Assembly: GCA_038316145.1 (NCBI GenBank)
Contig: JBBQAH010000001.1
Span: forward strand, 10,322 to 74,321
DNA: 64,000 bases
Direction: 5' to 3'
Source: Burkholderiales bacterium
GTDB lineage: Bacteria > Pseudomonadota > Gammaproteobacteria > Burkholderiales > Burkholderiaceae_C
Position 1 is the stretch's first letter. The number at the start of each line of letters is the position of its first letter. Below are positions 48,764 through 57,500 of this stretch, one piece after another. Below the pieces are notes generated by a model. It ran no database searches and was not told the DNA's origin. It saw only the letters and a list, made by a program, of their open reading frames with translations. The position numbers and the translations under genes are program-made.

Positions 48764-49273
48764 TCAAGGCACCAGCGGAATCGGCGTGCTGCGGTCTACT
48801 GCCACCGCGGTGATGCTGTTTTGCGGCGAACCTTCAATGACTCGGTCCGAGTAGGTCAGGTAGATCAGCGTGTTGCGCGGCGCATCCACCAGGCGCACCA
48901 CGCGCAGCTTCTTGAACACCAGCGAGATACGTTCGCTGTACATCTCGTCCTGTTTTGGCAGCGCCTTCGGAAAACTGATGGGGCCGGTCTGGCGGCAGGC
49001 GATGGAGGCCTCTGACTTGTCCTCGGCCAGCCCGAGACCGCCCTTGATGCCGCCGGTCTTGGCGCGCGACACGTAGCAGGTGATGCCGCGCACCTTGGGA
49101 TCGTCATAGGCATCGATGACGATCTTGTGGTCAGGGCCAATCAGCTTGAATACCGTGTCCACCTCGCCCACCCGTTCGGCGGCGGCCGGCAGCACAAGTG
49201 CCAGGGCCGCCGCCAAAAGTGCCAGGCTGGCGGTTGGGCGAACGCGGCGGCGTGGTGAGTCAGCAGGGGTCAT
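48764..49273 (-). CDS. creA: CreA family protein
   Basis: [63 protein letters not shown]. Confidence 0.92.
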   Translation of the reverse strand: MTPADSPRRRVRPTASLALLAAALALVLPAAAERVGEVDTVFKLIGPDHKIVIDAYDDPKVRGITCYVSRAKTGGIKGGLGLAEDKSEASIACRQTGPISFPKALPKQDEMYSERISLVFKKLRVVRLVDAPRNTLIYLTYSDRVIEGSPQNSITAVAVDRSTPIPLVP

Positions 49274-49753
49274 GGGGAGTCCAAAACTGGCGTGCAGAAC
49301 AATTGCCTGTTGGCGCCAGTGCCGAATTGTGCCGCTGATCCGACCTCTGGTTGAGCCACCCAACCTCGGCCAATCGTCAATGCCGACTTGGTTTTGCGTC
49401 TGAATCGCGTTGCTCACTCTCGGCGCGGCAACTGGGTCAAAGCCGGCTCGACCCAGCGTCGGCAGCCAGGCTGCAAAGGTCATGAGATTCGGTTTCATGC
49501 GGTCAACTTTGCGGTGGAAGTGTTTGGCCAGAAACGCCTGCGCGCTGCAAGGACTGGGGAGCGCGGCGATGTGCGCCACTGTCGCGCAGAAACGGGGTAG
49601 CTGTGCGGTCATGGATGGCCGGCGAGCCCATTCGCCTACACGCTCGACGAAATGGCGCTTGTCCTACAGACGCCAGCCCCGCGTTGGCGGAACCTGCGGA
49701 GCTGCGTGTTGCCGGGCAGTGGCCGGGGCGCACACCCACACCGGAGACTTTCA

Positions 49754-50284
49754 ATGACAGCGACCACACATCCTTCCCGGCAATCACTGTGGAACGACAT
49801 CAAGGACTGCAAGTTCGCGATGTTCACCACCCGGCACGTCAACGGTCACCTGCATTCGCGACCGATGACGATGCAGAACACGACGATCGACGCCGACGAT
49901 AGCCTCTGGTTCTTCATGTCCAGGAAGAGCGACCCCGTTGCCGATCTCACCGCCGACCCTTCGGTCAACGTCACCTACGCACCCCAAGGCGACGCCTGCT
50001 GGATCTCGGTCACCGGGACGGCGCTGGTCGTCGAGGGTGGCGACAAGGCGAAGTCCTTGTGGAGCCGGTCCGCCGACGCCTGGTTTTCCGGTGGTCCGAC
50101 CGATCCTGATCTTGCCGTCGTCCAGGTTCGGATCGTCCATGCAAGCGAATGGGAGGCCGGCGCCGACCCCCATTCTCGGCCGGCGTTGCGCAGCGAGGAT
50201 GTCGGCTTCCGCCCGCCCAATCACCTGCCGACTGCGACCACGCCGGCGAGCGAGAACGCGGCCCTGCTGTTCGAACGATCCTGA
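49754..50284 (+). CDS. General stress protein 26 / pyridoxamine-oxidase-like protein; C-terminus possibly replaced
   Basis: RBS GGAG; LWNDIKDCKFAMFTT..LHSRPMT..LWFF..AWFSGGPTDPDL. The tail after HASEW does not resemble the paralog at 3904. Confidence 0.82.
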   Translation: MTATTHPSRQSLWNDIKDCKFAMFTTRHVNGHLHSRPMTMQNTTIDADDSLWFFMSRKSDPVADLTADPSVNVTYAPQGDACWISVTGTALVVEGGDKAKSLWSRSADAWFSGGPTDPDLAVVQVRIVHASEWEAGADPHSRPALRSEDVGFRPPNHLPTATTPASENAALLFERS

Positions 50285-50682
50285 GCCTCCGCTGCAGCAC
50301 CGGTCGCCGGCGCGGCAGTTCGGGGGCCGTGACGACCCGTCGCCCAAGTCTTCGCCAGATATCGCATGGCGCTCGATCCGAACCGCCCGCCTGAAACGTG
50401 GGTTGGGTTGTTGGCCGGACCGGCTTGTTCCAGCGTCGACACCCAAAGTGATTGATCGGGTCGCATGCTGAATCAGGTTTCCGGTCAGGTCGCGGCTTCG
50501 GTAAGCTTTTGGTGCCGGGGAAAATCGATTCGAAGTACTTCTGCATCGGCCCCTTCGGCGAATCAGCTTGACTTGGCGAGAGCGCGATTTCAAGGTTGAT
50601 GTTTCAGCGGCTTGATCACCGGACGCACCTCTTCGGCAGACCAACGGGAGCTCTTGACCAGCACACGACGGCGATTGAATGG

Positions 50683-50700
50683 CTCCTCTCGGGGACGCCA
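50683..50700 (+). mobile_element. Possible att-site remnant (tRNA-Glu 3'-end-like) at the island boundary
   Basis: ...CTCGGGGACGCCA matches the proteobacterial tRNA-Glu 3' end (GGGGACGCCA), with no 5' tRNA half and a terminator following. Confidence 0.45.
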
Positions 50701-50711
50701 AGTCAAGCACG

Positions 50712-50742
50712 GCCCGCAATGCGCAAGCACTGCGGGCGTTTT
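50712..50742 (+). terminator. Intrinsic terminator
   Basis: Stem GCCCGCAATGC, loop GCAA, stem GCACTGCGGGC, then GTTTT. Confidence 0.7.
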
Positions 50743-50788
50743 AAGGTGCGGCTTTGCATCGGGCCGCCAAGTGGCGACCCGCCCCGGC

Positions 50789-51934
50789 TCACATCAAGGC
50801 CACCCCCTTGATCTGGGCAAACAGGGCATCCCCCGGATGCAACGCCAGGGCATCGCAACTGCGGCGGGTGATGCGGGCCAGCAGCAGCACACCCTCCGCG
50901 CCGGTCGCGCCGGTCGCGCCGAGCAAGCCTGGCCGGCCTACCACCAGCCGCAGCAGCGCGGTGCTTCGGTCGGCCACGAGCGACTCCAGCCACACCGGCA
51001 GCACATTGACAACACTCGTCTCGATGGGCAGCTGTCGCGTCACGCTGACGTCGCGCGCGAGCACCCGGGCGCGCACCGTCTGGCCAGGTCGGGCAGCGGT
51101 CTCGCCCACCCACAGCGCGCCACCGCCAAACACCACGCGCGACAGACCGTAAGCGCTGTCGTGCTCGGCCACGGTAGCCTCGATCACCACGCCGGCGTCG
51201 TCCTGGTGTGCCAGTGGCAGGTCGGGCCGGGCCAGCAGTTCGACCAACGGGCCGGCCGCCAGCACACGGCCAGCGTCCAGCAGCACCAGGTGGTCGGCCA
51301 GACGCGCCACCTCGGCCATGGCGTGGGTGACGTAGACGATGGGCAGCGCCAGATCGCGGTGCAGGCGCTCCAGGTAGGGCAGGATTTCGGCCTTGCGCTG
51401 GGCGTCCAGCGCGGCCAGCGGCTCGTCCATCAGCAGCAGGCGCGGCGCGGTGGCCAGGGCCCGGGCGATGGCCACGCGCTGGCGCTCGCCGCCCGACAGG
51501 GTGGCTGTCCTGCGCTGCAGCAGCGGCCCGATGCCCAGCAGATCGACGACGGCGTCGGGAGAAAACGCTGCTGTGTCAGACGCTTCGCTCGTACCGGGCG
51601 CCTTGCCGCAGCGCTGGGCCTCAGCGCTGCGGCGCCGGCCATAGGCCAGGTTGGCTGCTACGTCCAGGTGCGGAAACAGCGCTGCCTCCTGGATCACATA
51701 GCCCAGCGGGCGTTGGTGGGTGGGCAGCCAGCGCCGGGTGGCGTCGTCCTGCCAGATGTCAGTGCCCAACGCCACCCGGCCGCTGGCGCGCTCCAGTCCG
51801 GCAATGGCACGCAGCAGCGTGGTCTTGCCGCAACCCGAAGGGCCGAACAGCGCTGTGACACCACGCTCGGGCAGCTCCAGCGCCACGTCCAGCGTGAAGT
51901 CCCGGCGGTCCAGCTGCAGCCGGGCTTCGATCAT
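50789..51934 (-). CDS. modC: Molybdate ABC transporter ATPase
   Basis: GPSGCGKT, LSGGERQR, LLMDEP, YVTH, TOBE/Mop C-terminus (AQIKGVAL). Confidence 0.96.
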   Translation of the reverse strand: MIEARLQLDRRDFTLDVALELPERGVTALFGPSGCGKTTLLRAIAGLERASGRVALGTDIWQDDATRRWLPTHQRPLGYVIQEAALFPHLDVAANLAYGRRRSAEAQRCGKAPGTSEASDTAAFSPDAVVDLLGIGPLLQRRTATLSGGERQRVAIARALATAPRLLLMDEPLAALDAQRKAEILPYLERLHRDLALPIVYVTHAMAEVARLADHLVLLDAGRVLAAGPLVELLARPDLPLAHQDDAGVVIEATVAEHDSAYGLSRVVFGGGALWVGETAARPGQTVRARVLARDVSVTRQLPIETSVVNVLPVWLESLVADRSTALLRLVVGRPGLLGATGATGAEGVLLLARITRRSCDALALHPGDALFAQIKGVALM

Positions 51935-52617
51935 GGCGCTGGCCCGGCCGCGTCGCGTCTGGGCCGGTTGACGACGTAGAGCGTCACCAGCACCAGCAGC
52001 GCAAAGGCCACCATGGCGGCGGACAGGCGATGCGCGTCGGCGTATTCAGTGGCTTCGACATGTTCGTAGATCGCCACCGACAGCACCCGGGTGGCGCCCG
52101 GAATGTTGCCGCCGATCATCAGCACCACACCGAACTCGCCCACGGTATGGGCAAAACCCAGCACGCTGGCGGTGATCAGCCCCGGTCGGGCCAGTGGCAG
52201 CGCGACGCTGAAAAATCGGTCCAGCGGCCCGGCGCGCAGCGTGGCAGCAGCCTCCAGCGTGCGCTCGGGGATGGCCTCGAAGGCCTGCTGCAGCGGCTGC
52301 ACCACAAAAGGCATCGAGTACAGCACCGAGCCCACCACCAGGCCCGAGAAGGTGAACGGCAGCCGCCCCAGTCCCAGCCACTCGGTGAACTGCCCCACCG
52401 GGCCGTGAGGGCCCATGGCCAGCAGCAGGTAAAAGCCCAGCACCGAGGGCGGCAGCACGATCGGCATGGCCACCAGCGCCGACCACAGTGGCTTGAGCGA
52501 TGACCGGCTGCGCGCCAGCCACCAGGCCAGCGGCGTGCCGACGACCAGCAACAACAGCGTCGTGACGGCGGCAAGCTCGGCCGTGAGACGGATGGCGGTC
52601 CAGTCGGCAGCGGTCAT
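51931..52617 (-). CDS. modB: Molybdate ABC transporter permease
   Basis: PIVLPPSVLGFYLL, EAAATL, FAHTVGEFGVVLMIGGNIPG. Confidence 0.96.
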   Translation of the reverse strand: MTAADWTAIRLTAELAAVTTLLLLVVGTPLAWWLARSRSSLKPLWSALVAMPIVLPPSVLGFYLLLAMGPHGPVGQFTEWLGLGRLPFTFSGLVVGSVLYSMPFVVQPLQQAFEAIPERTLEAAATLRAGPLDRFFSVALPLARPGLITASVLGFAHTVGEFGVVLMIGGNIPGATRVLSVAIYEHVEATEYADAHRLSAAMVAFALLVLVTLYVVNRPRRDAAGPAP

Positions 52618-52657
52618 TCAGGCGTCGATCGCAGCGCTTGATTGCCGCGGCAGGCGG

Positions 52658-53503
52658 TCACAGACCGTAGCCCCAGGCCTGGATCACGGCCTTGGCGGGT
52701 GCACTCTTCAAGTAGGCCAGCAGCGCGGCAGCGGCAACCTTTTTTTCGCCGGCCTTGAGCAGCACGGCGTCCTGTCGGATCTCGCCATACAGCGCCGCCG
52801 GCACGCGCCAGAAGGACCCAACCTCCGCCTTGCCCGGCAGTGCGGCCAGCCCCGCAGGCGCTGTTGGCGCAGGCCCCCCAAGGGGGCGCTTTTGGGCTTG
52901 GGACGGCCCGGCGCCCAAGACCTGGGACAACGCCACAAACCCCAACTCGGCGTTGCCGGTCGCGACAAACTGGTAGGCCTGGCCGATGCTCTCGGCCGTG
53001 ACCAGCTTGGGTGTCACCACGGCTGAAAGGCCCCGGGCCTTGAGCACCTCCATGCCGGCCCGGCCGTAGGGCGCAAGCTTGGGGTTGGCGATGGCCAGCT
53101 TGTTGAACCGGCCCGCCGCCAGCACGGCGCCCTGATCGTCCACATAGCCCGGTGTGGCGCTCCACAGCACCAGTACGCCGATGGCGTAGGTGAAATTGCT
53201 GCCGGCCACGGCCAACCCATCGGCGATCAGCTTTTTGGGTGTCTGGTCGTCGGCGGCGAGCAGCACCTCGAAGGGTGCGCCGGCGGCGATCTGGCTGTAG
53301 AACTTGCCGGTGGCGCCGGCGATGATGGTCAGCCGATGGCCGGTGGTTGCCTGGAAGCCTTCGGCAATCCTGGCCAACGGGCCGACAAAGTTGGCGGCTA
53401 CCGCCACTTGCACCACATCAGCCTGCGCGGCAAGCGGCAAGGCCAGGCCGATGGCGGCGGCCAGCCTGCGCATGGCCTCGGAGCAACGGTTTGGGGCCGT
53501 CAT
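52658..53503 (-). CDS. modA: Molybdate-binding periplasmic protein
   Basis: VAVAANF, GATGKFYSQI, IANPKLAPYG, GFVALSQV; contains a ~25-aa insertion. Start is 53503 or 53473. Confidence 0.95.
   Translation of the reverse strand: MTAPNRCSEAMRRLAAAIGLALPLAAQADVVQVAVAANFVGPLARIAEGFQATTGHRLTIIAGATGKFYSQIAAGAPFEVLLAADDQTPKKLIADGLAVAGSNFTYAIGVLVLWSATPGYVDDQGAVLAAGRFNKLAIANPKLAPYGRAGMEVLKARGLSAVVTPKLVTAESIGQAYQFVATGNAELGFVALSQVLGAGPSQAQKRPLGGPAPTAPAGLAALPGKAEVGSFWRVPAALYGEIRQDAVLLKAGEKKVAAAALLAYLKSAPAKAVIQAWGYGL
52835..52915. repeat. Palindromic REP/MITE-like element inserted in frame in modA
   Basis: Core GCCCCCCAAGGGGGC hairpin with flanking CCCAAG; encodes the extra peptide GPSQAQKRPLGGPAPTAPAG. 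Confidence 0.55.
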
Positions 53504-53530
53504 CGTCCGGCCAGGATGTCTGGGTTCACC

Positions 53531-53550
53531 CGCCTATTCTGATGGATACG
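53531..53550. promoter_or_regulatory. Possible degenerate ModE box
   Basis: CGCCTATTC-TGAT-GGATACG just upstream of modA; only a partial match to the CG.TATA-Nn-TATA.CG pattern. Confidence 0.3.
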
Positions 53551-53633
53551 CTGCAGCGAAGCGGTTGGTGGCCGGAGCGGCCATTGGCAAGCGCTGGAAG
53601 TCGCTTCGACCGCACCGGCCCGACATGGCCTTG

Positions 53634-54497
53634 TCAGGCAAAACCCAGCAGGCGCTTGGCGTTTTCCTTCAGGATCAGCGGCTTGACCTTGTCCTTGAAG
53701 CCGGCCTCATCGAAGTCCTTCATCCAGCGCTCGGGTGTGATCAGCGGGTAGTCGCTGCCAAACAGCATGCGGTCCTTCAGCAAGGTGTTGGCGTACTGCA
53801 CCAACTGCGCCGGAAAGTACTTCGGGCTCCAGCCCGACAGGTCGATCCAGACATTGGGCTTGTGCAGCGCCAGGCTCAGGGCCTCGTCCTGCCAGGGCCA
53901 GCTGGGGTGGGCGATGACGATCTGGATGTCCGGGAAGTCGATCGCCACGTCTTCCAGCAGCATCGGGTTGCTGTTCTGCAGCCGCAGGCCGCCCCCGCAG
54001 CGCATGCCCGAGCCGATGCCCGAATGCCCGCTGTGGAAGATCGCCGGCAGCTTGTACTCGGCAATCACCTCGTAGTGCGGCCAGGCCATGCGGTCGTAGG
54101 GCAAAAAGCCCTGCACCGTGGGGTGGAACTTGAAGCCCTTGACGCCGTGCTGCTCGATCAGCCGGCGGGCCTCGCGCGCGCCCATCTTGCCTTTGTGCGG
54201 GTCGATGCTGGCAAAGGCCACCATCATGTCGCTGTTCTTGCTGGCAGCCTCGCAGATCTCTTCGTTGGGGATGCGGCGCCGACCCAGCTGCGACTCGCTG
54301 TCGACCGTGAACATCACCAGGCCGATCTTCATTTCGCGGTAGTGGGTGATGGTCTCTTCGATCGTCGGCCGTTTGCTGAAACCAAAGTATTTGTCGGCAG
54401 CCCGGTCGTAGGCCTCGCCGTAGTTGTCGAAGGGGTTCCAGCACGACACCTCGGCATGGGTGTGGATGTCGATCGCGATCAGGTCTTCGGTCTTCAT
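53634..54497 (-). CDS. Amidohydrolase-2 family, CouO-like 4-hydroxyphenyl-beta-ketoacyl-CoA hydrolase
   Basis: IDIHTH, GFKFHP, FHSGHSGIG, AHPSWPW, DLSGWSPKY, FGSDYP; divergent from the hydratase-fcs operon. Confidence 0.85.
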   Translation of the reverse strand: MKTEDLIAIDIHTHAEVSCWNPFDNYGEAYDRAADKYFGFSKRPTIEETITHYREMKIGLVMFTVDSESQLGRRRIPNEEICEAASKNSDMMVAFASIDPHKGKMGAREARRLIEQHGVKGFKFHPTVQGFLPYDRMAWPHYEVIAEYKLPAIFHSGHSGIGSGMRCGGGLRLQNSNPMLLEDVAIDFPDIQIVIAHPSWPWQDEALSLALHKPNVWIDLSGWSPKYFPAQLVQYANTLLKDRMLFGSDYPLITPERWMKDFDEAGFKDKVKPLILKENAKRLLGFA

Positions 54498-54658
54498 GGG
54501 ATCCTCTTGATGGTTAAGTATCAGAAGATGTTTTCTGGCGCATCCGGGGAAGATGGTTAGATTTTCAGGTGAATGAGCGGGCTAAAAATTCGGGTTTGCC
54601 CTATGTTTAAAGTTCACGGTCTGAATTAAATTTGCCGCTGTTCGCAAAGGCAATCCTG

Positions 54659-55468
54659 ATGACGACCGTGTTTGAACCTGTCTCCGGCCTGCTGGCCACG
54701 CTGGATTTGCTGCAGATCAGCCAGGCCGACGCGGTGCTGCATTTGCGCTTGAATCGTCCGGCCAAGCGCAACGCGATCAGTGACGCGCTGATCCAGCAGA
54801 TCCATACCGCCTTCATCAACTTGCCCGAGGCCAGCAAGGCGGTGGTGGTCAGTGGCGAGGGCGCCCATTTTTGCGCCGGGCTCGACCTGGCAGAACTGGT
54901 CGAGCGCGACATCCACGGTGCGGTGCTGCATTCCCGCATGTGGCATGCCGCGTTTGACGCCATCCAGTTCGGCAGCGTGCCGGTGGTGGCGGTCCTGCAC
55001 GGCGCGGTGGTGGGCGGCGGGCTGGAGCTGGCCACGGCCTGCCACATCCGGATTGCCGAGGACTCGGCCTACTTTGGCCTGCCCGAGGGCCAGCGCGGTA
55101 TTTTTGTCGGGGGTGGCGGGTCGGCGCGCATCCCGCGCCTGATCGGCGTGGCACGCATGAGCGACCTGATGCTGACCGGCCGGGTGTTTGATGCGGACGA
55201 GGCCGAGCGCATCGGCCTGGTGCAGTACCGCGCCGCTGACAGCGCCGGTCTGGCCAAAGGCATTGCGCTGGCCCAGCGCATTGCCACCAATGCCCCGATG
55301 TCGAACTTTGCGGTGATGCACGCGCTGCCGCGCATCGCTGAACAGGCCCAGTCCGAGGGCCTGTTCACCGAGTCGCTGATGGCCGCGGTGGCCGAGAGCA
55401 CGCCGGATGCGCAGGTCCGGCTGCGTGCTTTTCTGGAAGGGCGCACGGCCAAGGTGACCAAGGCATGA
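54659..55468 (+). CDS. Crotonase/enoyl-CoA hydratase family protein
   Basis: LNRPAKRNA, FCAGLDL, GGGLEL, FGLPE. Confidence 0.93.
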   Translation: MTTVFEPVSGLLATLDLLQISQADAVLHLRLNRPAKRNAISDALIQQIHTAFINLPEASKAVVVSGEGAHFCAGLDLAELVERDIHGAVLHSRMWHAAFDAIQFGSVPVVAVLHGAVVGGGLELATACHIRIAEDSAYFGLPEGQRGIFVGGGGSARIPRLIGVARMSDLMLTGRVFDADEAERIGLVQYRAADSAGLAKGIALAQRIATNAPMSNFAVMHALPRIAEQAQSEGLFTESLMAAVAESTPDAQVRLRAFLEGRTAKVTKA

Positions 55469-57492
55469 GCACCCCCAAGGCCGGGCTGCACCCAGCCCGC
55501 CCCCCGCGGGGGTCAAGAAAAGTGGCCAAGCAACATTTTCTTGAGAGCGGCGCGGGTCGGGGCGATGGGCGCGCCGAGACGCGGGCTGCTGCGAGATACC
55601 GGGACGCCAGCGTCGGTGGCTGCGTCGATGCGGCAATTGAACAGCGCAACGATGGCAGCGTGATCATCCGCTCGACCGAGGCCTTGAGGTGGTACCCCAA
55701 CCGCCTGACCGATTGCCTGCTGCAATGGGCGCAAGAGGCGCCGGACCGCACGCTTGTGGCCCGCCGTGCGCGGGTCGCCGCGGATGACAAAGCCGGCGGC
55801 GGTGACTGGCAACACGTCAGCTACGCCCAGATGCTGCAGCGTGTGCAGGCGGTGGCCCAGGTGTTGGTGGACCTGGAGTTGTCAGTTGACCGGCCGGTCG
55901 CCATCCTGTCGGACAACGACATCGAATCGCTGACGCTGGCGCTGGCGGCGATTTGGGCTGGCGTACCCTATGTGCCGGTGTCGTCGGCCTATTCGCTGAT
56001 CTCGCAGGACCACGGCAAGCTGCGCCACATCCTGGGAACGGTCACGCCCGGCCTGGTGTTTGCCAGCGGGCCGGCCTATGCCAAGGCCATTGCCGCCGTG
56101 GTGCCGGCGGACGTGACGGTGGTCTTGACCGATGGTCTGGCGGCAGCCGCCGCCACCGGCTTGCTGGCCGGCCGTGACGTGCGCGCTTTTGACAGCCTGC
56201 TGTTTGCCCAGCCCGGTCTCAGGCTGGCAGCGGCCAACGCGGCCATCGGCCCCGACACCATTGCCAAGTTCTTGTTCACCTCGGGCTCGACCAAGGCACC
56301 CAAGGGTGTGATCAACACCCACCGCATGCTCTGCGCCAACCAGCAAATGATCCGCCAGTGCATGGGTTTTCTGGCCGACGAGCCGCCGGTGTTGGTGGAT
56401 TGGCTGCCCTGGAACCACACCTTTGGCGGCAACCACAACGTCGGCATCACGCTCTACAACGGCGGCACGCTCTACATCGACGAGGGCAAGCCCACGCCCA
56501 AGGGCATTGCCCAGACCCTGCGTAACCTGCGCGAAATTTCGCCCACGATCTACTTCAACGTGCCCAAGGGCTTCGAGGAGATCGCGTTTGCGATGGACAC
56601 CGACACGGTGCTGCGCGACAGCCTGTTCAAGCGCTGCAAGGCCTTCATGTTTGCCGGTGCGGGCCTGAGCCAGCCGGTCTGGGACAAGCTCGACGCCCAC
56701 GGCGAGGCGGCCACCGGTGAGCGGGTGCGCATCATCACCGGCCTGGGCATGACCGAGACCGCACCGGCGTGCACCTTCGCGGTGGGCACCAATGTGCGCT
56801 CGGGCTGGATCGGCCTGCCGGTTCCGGGTGTCGAGGTGAAATTGGTGCAGGACGCCAGCACTGGCGACAAGGCCGAGATCCGCTTCCGCGGCCCCAATGT
56901 GATGCCGGGCTACTGGCGCGCGCCGGCGCAAACCGCCGACGCGTTTGACGATGAAGGTTTTTACCGCACCGGCGACGCCGGGCGCTGGGTCGATCCGGAC
57001 CAGCACAACCTGGGCCTGATCTATGATGGCCGCACGGCCGAGGACTTCAAGCTCTCGACCGGCACATTTGTCAGCGTCGGCCCGCTGCGCGCCAGGATCA
57101 CGATGGCCGGCGACCCGTACGTGCAGGACGCGGTGATCACCGGGCTGAACCGCGACGACGTGGGTGTGCTGATCATTCCGCGGCCCGACGAGTGTCGCAA
57201 GCTGGCCGGCCTGGGCGCGGGCGCGCCCCTGCCCGAGGTGCTGCACCATCCGATGGTGCGTGCGTTTTTCCAGGCCCTGGCCGACCAGCTCTGGCGCGAG
57301 GCCACCGGCAGTGCCAGCCGGGTGGCGCGCCTGCACGTGCTGGCCGAGCCACCCGCCATCGACCAGGGCGAGATCACCGACAAGGGCTCGATCAACCAGC
57401 GTGCGGTGCTCACATACCGCGCCGCGCTGGTCGAGGCACTGTACGAAGGCAGCGCTGCCGACCCCTTCCTGATCCTGCCCGACCCCGTTTGA
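55465..57492 (+). CDS. fcs: Feruloyl-CoA synthase (hydroxycinnamoyl-CoA ligase)
   Basis: FTSGSTKAPKG, WLPWNHTFGGNHN, GMTET, YRTGD, EITDKGSINQR; N-terminal extension derived from a repeat. Confidence 0.92.
   Translation: MSTPKAGLHPARPPRGSRKVAKQHFLESGAGRGDGRAETRAAARYRDASVGGCVDAAIEQRNDGSVIIRSTEALRWYPNRLTDCLLQWAQEAPDRTLVARRARVAADDKAGGGDWQHVSYAQMLQRVQAVAQVLVDLELSVDRPVAILSDNDIESLTLALAAIWAGVPYVPVSSAYSLISQDHGKLRHILGTVTPGLVFASGPAYAKAIAAVVPADVTVVLTDGLAAAAATGLLAGRDVRAFDSLLFAQPGLRLAAANAAIGPDTIAKFLFTSGSTKAPKGVINTHRMLCANQQMIRQCMGFLADEPPVLVDWLPWNHTFGGNHNVGITLYNGGTLYIDEGKPTPKGIAQTLRNLREISPTIYFNVPKGFEEIAFAMDTDTVLRDSLFKRCKAFMFAGAGLSQPVWDKLDAHGEAATGERVRIITGLGMTETAPACTFAVGTNVRSGWIGLPVPGVEVKLVQDASTGDKAEIRFRGPNVMPGYWRAPAQTADAFDDEGFYRTGDAGRWVDPDQHNLGLIYDGRTAEDFKLSTGTFVSVGPLRARITMAGDPYVQDAVITGLNRDDVGVLIIPRPDECRKLAGLGAGAPLPEVLHHPMVRAFFQALADQLWREATGSASRVARLHVLAEPPAIDQGEITDKGSINQRAVLTYRAALVEALYEGSAADPFLILPDPV
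55468..55560. repeat. Palindromic REP/MITE-like element forming the Fcs N-terminus
   Basis: CCCCCGCGGGGG palindrome plus the inverted repeat TCAAGAAAA..TTTTCTTGA (55513-55544). Confidence 0.55.
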
Positions 57493-57500
57493 CCTCATCC

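Noticed and set aside
50630-50700. Complete tRNA gene
   Set aside because: Only a 3'-end-like word is present; no T-loop GTTCGA, D-arm or complementary 5' acceptor strand.
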